A stretch of DNA of 10,105 nt from Candidatus Hydrogenedentota bacterium (GTDB lineage: Bacteria > Hydrogenedentota > Hydrogenedentia > Hydrogenedentales > SLHB01), in the NCBI GenBank assembly GCA_029974275.1, contig JARKSN010000086.1, forward strand, positions 1 through 10,105, in the 5' to 3' direction. The translations under genes were made by a program, and so were the position numbers. Positions within the stretch are counted from its first letter, which is position 1. Every line of letters starts with the position of its first letter. The notes beneath the pieces are model-generated. The model did not search any database, was not told the origin of the DNA, and saw only the letters and a program-made list of their open reading frames with translations. Below are positions 1-6,048 of this stretch, in pieces.

Positions 1-390
1 GCACAGGGCCGTTCCTCGGCCCAGCAATGCGCGCGCAATCCCAAACGTCAAGGCCACGTTCAAAGCGGCGAGCAGCGCCGAGGGGGCGCGCATGGACGCC
101 TCCCCGTCGCCGAAGAGCAGAACAAACAACGCAAGCAGGTAATTGTGGGTGGTTCCGCTGACGTACAGCGTGCCGCTCGGCAAGAGCGGAAGCCCTGTCT
201 GGGCAATATGTTTGGCGACAAAAATATGTACAAGCTCATCGTGCCACAACGACGGCTTCGCCAGATGCGCAAAGCCCAGAGCAAGCGAAAGCGCAACGCA
301 CGCCCCAAGCGCCGCCCACTCCCAGCGCGCCATGGGCGCTGAACCATTCTCAGGGGCGCGATGCGCGGACAAATCAAGCGACGGATGCAT
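1..390 (-). CDS. GT-C fold membrane glycosyltransferase (GT39 / ArnT / PMT_2-like), 5' part only; runs off the left edge
   Basis: Manual translation from ATG at 390 gives 130 codons with no stop: MHPSLDLSAHRAPENGSAPMARWEWAALGACVALSLALGFAHLAKPSLWHDELVHIFVAKHIAQTGLPLLPSGTLYVSGTTHNYLLALFVLLFGDGEASMRAPSALLAALNVALTFGIARALLGRGTALC. A first TM helix is followed by SLWHDE (WHDE at 235-246), then 'FG..E...R.PSA' and another TM helix, the typical GT-C N-terminus. GAGGAG lies about 12 nt upstream. Alternative start at ATG 333. Confidence 0.85.
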   Translation of the reverse strand, partial: MHPSLDLSAHRAPENGSAPMARWEWAALGACVALSLALGFAHLAKPSLWHDELVHIFVAKHIAQTGLPLLPSGTLYVSGTTHNYLLALFVLLFGDGEASMRAPSALLAALNVALTFGIARALLGRGTALC

Positions 391-429
391 AGGTCTTCAC
401 GTCTCCTCACGCGTTGTACAGGCCCACCG

Positions 430-458
430 AGTATAGGCGGCCAACGCGGCGCGAGCAA
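430..458 (-). promoter_or_regulatory. Putative sigma-70 promoter for the GT-C gene
   Basis: Minus strand TTGCTC (458-453), 17-nt spacer, TATACT (435-430), about 40 nt upstream of ATG 390. Confidence 0.55.
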
Positions 459-470
459 CCAGCGCCCACC

Positions 471-499
471 GTGCGCCAGGAGTTGGACATTCGTATAAT
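471..499 (+). promoter_or_regulatory. Putative sigma-70 promoter for the Alg14-radical SAM/Alg13 operon
   Basis: Perfect TATAAT at 494-499 in GC-rich DNA, 37 nt before GTG 537. The -35 position at 17 nt spacing (GTGCGC, 471-476) is weak. Confidence 0.45.
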
Positions 500-536
500 A
501 GAACGCGGCACAATTCTTTGACGCCTAGGAACTTTC

Positions 537-2615
537 GTGCACTTCGAATCGGAAAACGAAACGGATCAGAACGGCTCGACGCGTTCGGACAACGGCGCCG
601 TCGATCTGTCCTTGCCGCCGGGGAGGACGCCCGTCGATCAATCCCGCAGAGCCGTCGATGAACGCGCTGAACGCTGCATCGCGCCCGAAGATTTTCGCCC
701 CAAACGCATCAAGATATGCTTGACCTGTTCGCATGGCGGGCATCTTACCGAGATGTTGGAATTGCAGGAGGCCTTCGAGGGACACGACACCTTCTACTTT
801 TGCTACGACGCCGACACGACGCGTCGCTTGCCCAACGCGCATCTCATCCCGAACATGGCGCGCAATCCTGTGGAATTTGTCAAAAACCTGTTCCGTGTCC
901 ATCGACTTTTCAAGCGAGAAAAACCCGATCTCGTCATTTCCACCGGCGCGGAGATCGCCATCCCCGTTGCGATCAACGCCAAATGGCTCGGCATAAAGAT
1001 GCTCTACATCGAATGCGGCGCACAGGTGACGCGCCCCTCCATCACGGGGCGCCTGCTGTACTGGATGGCCGATTGGTTCTACGTGCAATGGCCGGAACTC
1101 TTGCAGCGCTATGGCCCGAAGGCGATGTTGCGCGGCAGCCTGGTTGACGAAGACAGGCCATTCCCCGGCGATCGCAGCGACGAACGCCGCATGAAAGCCT
1201 CGCTCGTGCAACCCGCACAAGTCGGCGCCTTCTCGAGCGACCAACCCCCCATGGGCCTGGGGTACATCGCATCGGTGTTGCAACAGCACGGCTGCGAAGT
1301 GCGGCTGCTCGACGCGAACGTCGAGAAACTCGGCCCCCTGGACGTCACGCGCATCCTCGCCCAGCAACAGCCCGATCTCGTGGGTTTCACGATCACAACC
1401 CCGTTGTTGCCCAGCGCGTTGGCGATTGTGCGGCGCCTGCGCACGCTTCCAAAGCCTCCGGTGCTCATCGCGGGCGGACCGCACGCCACCGTTCTGCCCG
1501 GCGATTTGCTGCAAGACGGCATGTTCGATTACGTCGTGCGTTCCGAAGGCGAAGAGACCATCGCGGAACTGATCGAACGCCTGCTTGCGGGACAAGACGC
1601 CGAGGGCGTCGAGGGCGTTTCATGGCGACGCAACGGCGAGATTGTCCACAACCCGCCGCGAGCGTTGTCGCTGAAATTTGAATCTTTCCCCTATCCCGAT
1701 TGGTCGATCTTTCCGCTTGACCGTTATTCGAGCATGGCGCGACGCAACGACTACGGCCTGCCCATCGCGACGAGCCGCGGCTGCCCCTATGGCTGCACGT
1801 TCTGCTATAAGGGCGTCTACGGCCGCAAGATCCGCATGCGCCGTCCCGAGAACGTCGCCGACGAATGGCAGTTTCTGATCGATCGCTATCGCGTGCGCGA
1901 GATCGCCGTGCTCGACGATGTCTTCACCCTGCGCGCCGACCGCGCGATGGCGGTGTGCCAGCTCCTCATCGAACGCGGCCTGAACCGCGTTCCGTGGAGC
2001 ACCGTCAACGGCATCCGCGTCGACAACGTCACGCCGGAATTGATGCGCGCAATGCACGATGCGGGCTGCTACCGCGTCTATTTCGGCATCGAGTCGGGCG
2101 TCGAGGCCGTCATCCGCAAACTCAACAAACGCATCAAACTCGACGACGTGCGTTACGCCGTCAGGACGGCCCAGGAGGCGGGACTCGAAGTCGGCGGCTA
2201 CTTCATGCTCGGAAACATCGGAGAAACGCAAGCCGACATGGAGCAGACGATTCGCTTTGCGCTCGAACTCGATCCCGAGTACGCTCAGTTCACCATCGCC
2301 ACGCCCTATCCCGGAACGGTGATGTATCAGCAGGTGATGGACGGCGGCAAGCTGCTCATCAACTCCTGGGAGGAACTTGCAACCTATGGCGCCGGCGTCT
2401 ACGAACTCGGCGATATCACCCCCCAAGTCGTCGGCGCGAAATATCGCGAAGCCATTCGCCGCTTCTACCTTCGCCCGAAGACGATCGTGCGACAGATCCC
2501 CAACCTGCTGACGTGGACCGGCTTCAAACACAGCATCCTTGCCGGATGCCTGCTGATTAAACTGGCGTTTTTGGGCGGACGAAAACGCGTCACCGCAAAG
2601 AAAATCTTTCCATGA
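537..2615 (+). CDS. Fusion protein: Alg14/PssD/CpsF-like glycosyltransferase subunit + B12-binding domain + radical SAM domain (class B radical SAM enzyme)
   Basis: GTG start with AGGA 6 nt upstream. 708-1145 carries Alg14/PssD motifs (KICLTCSHGGHLTE, KPDLVISTGAEIAIP, YIEC..QVTRPSITGR, FYVQWPEL, GSLV). About 1191-1590 is a cobalamin-binding domain (PPMGLGYIASVL, PDLVGFT, IAGGPHAT, DYVVRSEGEET). The radical SAM core has TSRG-CPYGCTFC (CxxxCxxC at 1782-1805), DDVFT, FGIESG, YFMLG..GET and ATPYPGT. No stop between the domains. Confidence 0.92.
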   Translation: MHFESENETDQNGSTRSDNGAVDLSLPPGRTPVDQSRRAVDERAERCIAPEDFRPKRIKICLTCSHGGHLTEMLELQEAFEGHDTFYFCYDADTTRRLPNAHLIPNMARNPVEFVKNLFRVHRLFKREKPDLVISTGAEIAIPVAINAKWLGIKMLYIECGAQVTRPSITGRLLYWMADWFYVQWPELLQRYGPKAMLRGSLVDEDRPFPGDRSDERRMKASLVQPAQVGAFSSDQPPMGLGYIASVLQQHGCEVRLLDANVEKLGPLDVTRILAQQQPDLVGFTITTPLLPSALAIVRRLRTLPKPPVLIAGGPHATVLPGDLLQDGMFDYVVRSEGEETIAELIERLLAGQDAEGVEGVSWRRNGEIVHNPPRALSLKFESFPYPDWSIFPLDRYSSMARRNDYGLPIATSRGCPYGCTFCYKGVYGRKIRMRRPENVADEWQFLIDRYRVREIAVLDDVFTLRADRAMAVCQLLIERGLNRVPWSTVNGIRVDNVTPELMRAMHDAGCYRVYFGIESGVEAVIRKLNKRIKLDDVRYAVRTAQEAGLEVGGYFMLGNIGETQADMEQTIRFALELDPEYAQFTIATPYPGTVMYQQVMDGGKLLINSWEELATYGAGVYELGDITPQVVGAKYREAIRRFYLRPKTIVRQIPNLLTWTGFKHSILAGCLLIKLAFLGGRKRVTAKKIFP

Positions 2616-2637
2616 CCAAGCAACGAAACGGAATGCG

Positions 2638-3126
2638 ATGATCTACGCCACCGTGGGCACGATGTTCCTGGACTTTCCCAGGCTGATTCGAAAACTCGAC
2701 GCGATCGCCGAAACCACCGGCGAACGTATCGTCATTCAGACCGGCCTTGGCGCCACGCTTCCGCAACGCTGCGAGTTTTTTGATTTCAAATCGCGCGACG
2801 AAGTCCTCGCGCTGCAGCAAGAGGCGCGCGTCATCGTCTGCCACGCAGGCATTGGCTCCATACTCGATGCATTGTCCGTGCGCAGGCCCTTTGTCGTTGT
2901 GCCGCGACGGCTGCAATTCAATGAGCACCTCAGCGATCATCAACTCGAAATCGCCGAGGCCATTCAACGTCGCGCCTGGGGACGCATGGTGCTCGACATC
3001 GACGACTTGCCCGAGGCATGCGCCGCACCGCCCGCCGTCTACGCCTCGTATCGCCCCGCAAAACACCGTTTAATCAGCGCCGTCCGCGATGCGATCGAAC
3101 GCGTCGCGGCAGCGAAAAATAGATGA
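2638..3126 (+). CDS. Alg13/PssE/CpsG-like glycosyltransferase subunit (GT28 C-terminal-like, nucleotide-sugar-binding half)
   Basis: MIYATVGT..FPRLI, IQTG, FDF, IVCHAGIGSILDAL, VVVPRR...EH..DHQLEIAE are the characteristic Alg13/PssE motifs. It lies 22 nt after the gene carrying the partner Alg14-like domain. Confidence 0.92.
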   Translation: MIYATVGTMFLDFPRLIRKLDAIAETTGERIVIQTGLGATLPQRCEFFDFKSRDEVLALQQEARVIVCHAGIGSILDALSVRRPFVVVPRRLQFNEHLSDHQLEIAEAIQRRAWGRMVLDIDDLPEACAAPPAVYASYRPAKHRLISAVRDAIERVAAAKNR

Positions 3127-3181
3127 TTATTTTTGATCCGGCCTTGTTCCGATACGCCGCCGCCGCCGCCTCCCAAAATCA

Positions 3182-3223
3182 TGTGGTATAGTACATACAG
3201 AGTCGGAACCCTGAACGAGGAGG
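3182..3223 (+). promoter_or_regulatory. Extended -10 promoter and strong RBS for the small ORF at 3231
   Basis: TGTGGTATAGT (3182-3192) matches TRTGnTATAAT. GAGGAGG at 3217-3223 is 7 nt before the ATG. No recognisable -35 (a GCC repeat occupies that position). Confidence 0.55.
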
Positions 3224-3230
3224 CGTCGCC

Positions 3231-3446
3231 ATGAAAAACGCATATCTCTTCGATCAGACGCCCTACAAACGTCAAGGGCCCAGAATATCGGCGGCGGGCC
3301 CAAGGCGTTCGGCCATGCCCGGAGACGTCCGAAGGGCGCTATACCGCATGAAAGAGACCCTATCGGGAATCACCCCTGAAGTGAAATGGGGACGCGAACG
3401 ACGCTACCAAGAACTCATGCGCAGTCTGGGCCGCAAGAAGCCATAG
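3231..3446 (+). CDS. Small basic hypothetical protein (71 aa)
   Basis: Ideal Shine-Dalgarno and an upstream extended -10; fills an otherwise empty gap. About 18 K/R versus 6 D/E. No family recognised. The 3' end overlaps the convergent gene by 32 nt. Confidence 0.6.
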   Translation: MKNAYLFDQTPYKRQGPRISAAGPRRSAMPGDVRRALYRMKETLSGITPEVKWGRERRYQELMRSLGRKKP

Positions 3447-5082
3447 CCCCGCGCGGGACACGCGTCCCCATGAGAGCATCGGCCAAGACGATCCCAGAAC
3501 TCGCCACAGAAAGGGTCACGTAGCTATCCGGGGTGATGTCAAACACCCCAAGGGGGGCCCATTGCCCCTTGAAATCCCTCTGGCGCAGGCGAACTTCGCT
3601 GTCCCCCCGAGGCGTATGGACCACATACGTCGTTTCATCGGCATGATGTCCGCGCTGATCGGGAATCCAGACCGAAAGCGTATGCGGGCCCTGTGCCTGC
3701 GGGGGGAAATTCCAACGGCAAGAAGACGGAATGCGCCCCCCCCGAGTGAAATAATAGTGCCCATGAAACGCCGAACGATTGGATTGGTTTGGCCAAAACC
3801 CCTCCAACGCCACGTCCTGGCCACGAATATCCACGATGAACGAGTCCTCCGGCGTTATATAGCGAGGCTTGGCCACAAGGTTTCCGGTGACGGCTGCATG
3901 CGCGCCTTCCTCGAGGACGACGGCATTTTCACCGCTGAACATGTTTGCGGCAATAACGGCGCCCTTCACGTCTTTCCCGATGCGTATGGCCTCCCCCGCC
4001 TTACCGAAACGGCAGCCGTTGACGGCAATCTGGCCCGTCACCGCCTTGACGCACGCCTTGGGTTCGAGCTGGGATCGCCAGTCTAGAAAATGACATTGGT
4101 TGAAGCTGACAAAACCATCGCCCGCCACATGCGCGCACTGGTCGCTCAACCCCCAAAACGCGCAATTGTTGAACTGAACCGTGCCATTGTGGGATTGATC
4201 CACGCAAATCTGCACGGGATTCTCGCCAAATATCGCCACGAACTCGCCATTGGATATCAACAGACCGTAGGGCGCGCTATTTTCAACCCACACGGAAACA
4301 TTGCACGCGTCCGCGCCCAAACCGATGAAGTTGCCATTGCAGACCCCGCTATCCCCCTCGATAAAGCGATACCCCACGCGATATCCCCAGCAAAACGTAT
4401 TGAGCACATGCTGCCAGTCGGTTCGCCCGAAAATGAACGCCTCGCCATGCGATTGCACAAAAGAGCGAAAAACAGGGTTGCCCATCGATTCGGGATAGAA
4501 CGGCCAGAAATGAACGGTGTCGATGCGTCCGATGTCAACGACTCTATCCACCAGGATGCCGCGCCGCAAGGGAGAGCCAAAAACGCGGCTGATCAAATGA
4601 CGGTTGGTCATGTGCCTGCCCATGTGAATGCCCTGGTAGGGATTCACCAGGAGACAATCGATCACGGCGGCGTCTCCTCCCTCCCCGCCTTCCACGCACC
4701 ATGGATACGGCGCGACCTCGCTTCCCGATTGTTCCGGATAGTGCACCGCAAGCCCCTTCAACACGGCATTGGCGCACAACGCAATGAACGGGGCTCCGTC
4801 CTCTTCGCCGCGCCCTTCGTATGCGAGCAACGTGGCGCCGCGCCCCGGCATCCAACGGCGCGGAGAGGTCGCCACGCCCTCAAGCGTAACGTCATTGGGC
4901 ACCGTCACATGCCCTGCAATCGCGCAAAGCCCCGCAGGAAGCCGCACCACCCCGCCGCCGCGATCTCCGCACGCGTCCAAGGCGTTCTGAAGAGCGCCGG
5001 TATTGTCCGTCTGCCCGTCAAGCACGACGCCAAAATCACGGGCATCAATATGATCGCCAGTTTCGAAAGAAATGTTTTTCAT
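3415..5082 (-). CDS. Right-handed beta-helix protein (pectate lyase superfamily / GH28-related) with C-terminal golvesin/xanthan-lyase CBM-like domain
   Basis: Start reassigned to ATG 5082 (MKNISF..., AGGAGG at 5100-5095); 555 aa. The N-terminus DARDFGVVLDGQTDNTGALQNALDACGDRGGGVVRLPAG...VTLEG is the Pectate_lyase_3-type cap, followed by beta-helix coils (NNCAF, NQCHF, NGCRF). 3472-3840 (FIVD..G.W..G.Y..W..W..TYVVH..Q..GQW..LGVF..VTL..G.VLADAL) fits the golvesin-like beta-sandwich. Confidence 0.78.
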   Translation of the reverse strand: MKNISFETGDHIDARDFGVVLDGQTDNTGALQNALDACGDRGGGVVRLPAGLCAIAGHVTVPNDVTLEGVATSPRRWMPGRGATLLAYEGRGEEDGAPFIALCANAVLKGLAVHYPEQSGSEVAPYPWCVEGGEGGDAAVIDCLLVNPYQGIHMGRHMTNRHLISRVFGSPLRRGILVDRVVDIGRIDTVHFWPFYPESMGNPVFRSFVQSHGEAFIFGRTDWQHVLNTFCWGYRVGYRFIEGDSGVCNGNFIGLGADACNVSVWVENSAPYGLLISNGEFVAIFGENPVQICVDQSHNGTVQFNNCAFWGLSDQCAHVAGDGFVSFNQCHFLDWRSQLEPKACVKAVTGQIAVNGCRFGKAGEAIRIGKDVKGAVIAANMFSGENAVVLEEGAHAAVTGNLVAKPRYITPEDSFIVDIRGQDVALEGFWPNQSNRSAFHGHYYFTRGGRIPSSCRWNFPPQAQGPHTLSVWIPDQRGHHADETTYVVHTPRGDSEVRLRQRDFKGQWAPLGVFDITPDSYVTLSVASSGIVLADALMGTRVPRGAMASCGPDCA

Positions 5083-5316
5083 ATGGGGAAAGGGCCTCCT
5101 TACGCCCAAACACGCTATGATTCCCTGCCGCGCATCGCGCTTGGCCCGGCAGTCCACAAACGGCGAGAGCATACGCTCACGCCCTGGACAAAGCAATTTT
5201 CCCCTGACCAATGCCGCGCTCCCACTGCATGTTCGTGAAAATTCTCGCGCGCAAACCCGATCGTGCGATAAGACCGTGTCCCGCATCACGTTGCATCGTC
5301 CATGAACAACACGGAC

Positions 5317-5344
5317 TAAAGATTGGAGGCTCGATTGCCGATGA
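5317..5344 (+). promoter_or_regulatory. Putative sigma-28 (FliA/SigD) promoter
   Basis: TAAAGATT (5317-5324), 12 nt, GCCGATGA (5337-5344), compared with the consensus TAAAGTTT-N11-GCCGATAA (TAAA-N15/16-GCCGATAW). Confidence 0.6.
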
Positions 5345-5433
5345 ACTCTCCAGCGACGGCGTACGGCCCTTGGGCCGTCTCACGAGGCGTTCCCTTCGGG
5401 GGACATAATGCGATGCCCTTCGCCATAAAGGGC

Positions 5434-5447
5434 ATGCAGGGATGCAT
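5434..5447 (+). promoter_or_regulatory. Putative CsrA/RsmA-binding hairpin overlapping the RBS
   Basis: ATGCA-GGGA-TGCAT is a 5-bp stem with GGA in the loop. AUGCAGGGAUGC matches RUACARGGAUGU at 10 of 12 positions and ends 4 nt before ATG 5452. Confidence 0.45.
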
Positions 5448-5451
5448 ACCT

Positions 5452-6033
5452 ATGGATATCTCCATCTCCGCTATTTCTCTTCGGTATCAGTATGAAGCGT
5501 ACGCCATTCAAACCTTTGACAGAACTGCTGCGGACGGACAGAACGCCGCAAAGCCGACCTCGATGCTGAACATGCCCCAGGACGTCATTGATTTCGGAAA
5601 GAGCAGAGCCTTTAGCGCGCAAGACGCCATTCGCATCGTCAACGAGCGCATGATGGAGAAACTGCGCGGCGTGGTGGAGGGAGCCCAACAAGCGATCGGC
5701 ATGAACGGCATGGCGATGATTGACACTTCCGCCGAAGCGACCGCCGGACGCATCGCCGACTTCGCATTGGGATTCTTCGAGGCCTGGCGCAAAAACCATG
5801 CTGATCTCGGCGATGACGACGCCCGCAAGCAGTTCGCCAGCTTCATCGGAGCCGCAATCAAGCAGGGAATCGACGAAGCCAGCGGCATCTTAACGGCCCT
5901 GAACGCCCTGACCCCGCAAAACACGTCGCTCATACAAAATATCGCTAGCATCGTCCAGCAACGACTCGACGATTTCGTGTCCGGCAACGCCGATCCCGCG
6001 ACCCGATCCAACGGAAAGATTATGGCGGCATAG
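5452..6033 (+). CDS. DUF5610-like domain protein
   Basis: DTSAEATAGRIADFALGFFEAW...FASFIGAAIKQGIDEASGILTAL matches my recollection of the DUF5610 signature. Start placed at ATG 5452 (AGGGA 9 nt upstream) because the track's TTG 5323 lies inside the putative promoter; ATG 5413 and 5434 are alternatives. Confidence 0.7.
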   Translation: MDISISAISLRYQYEAYAIQTFDRTAADGQNAAKPTSMLNMPQDVIDFGKSRAFSAQDAIRIVNERMMEKLRGVVEGAQQAIGMNGMAMIDTSAEATAGRIADFALGFFEAWRKNHADLGDDDARKQFASFIGAAIKQGIDEASGILTALNALTPQNTSLIQNIASIVQQRLDDFVSGNADPATRSNGKIMAA

Positions 6034-6048
6034 CCTGCGACCAGGCTA
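6031..6048. other. Short inverted repeat between convergent genes, built from both stop codons
   Basis: TAGCCTG-CGAC-CAGGCTA is a 7-bp perfect stem whose outer triplets are the TAG stops of the two genes. No U-tract. Confidence 0.4.

Noticed and set aside
60..458. Track ORFs 60..458 (-), 143..436 (+) and 145..342 (+)
   Set aside because: Arg/Pro/Ser-rich sequences with no recognisable motifs. The credible gene is the edge-truncated minus-strand frame 1..390 with GT-C motifs.
422..471. GCCCACCG direct repeat at 422-429 and 464-471 in the divergent promoter region
   Set aside because: Only two copies of a GC-rich 8-mer in GC-rich DNA; too likely by chance to call an operator.
597..659. Three CCGTCGAT words near the start of the fusion gene
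   Set aside because: They encode (A/P)VD in a low-complexity N-terminal extension, with irregular spacing.
525..2531. Long antisense ORFs 525..1595 and 1620..2531
   Set aside because: Shadow ORFs opposite a well-supported gene, expected from GC-rich codon usage; no motifs.
4090..5238. 382-aa plus-strand ORF
   Set aside because: Antisense shadow of the beta-helix gene with no recognisable domain.
5083..5289. 69-aa N-terminal extension of the beta-helix ORF in the track
   Set aside because: Unprotein-like sequence; AGGAGG precedes ATG 5082 and the domain begins right after it.
5240..5300. Possible c-di-GMP-I riboswitch suggested by GCAAACC
   Set aside because: I could not find the GNRA-capped P2 stem or the GACGCAAAGC-type junction on either strand.
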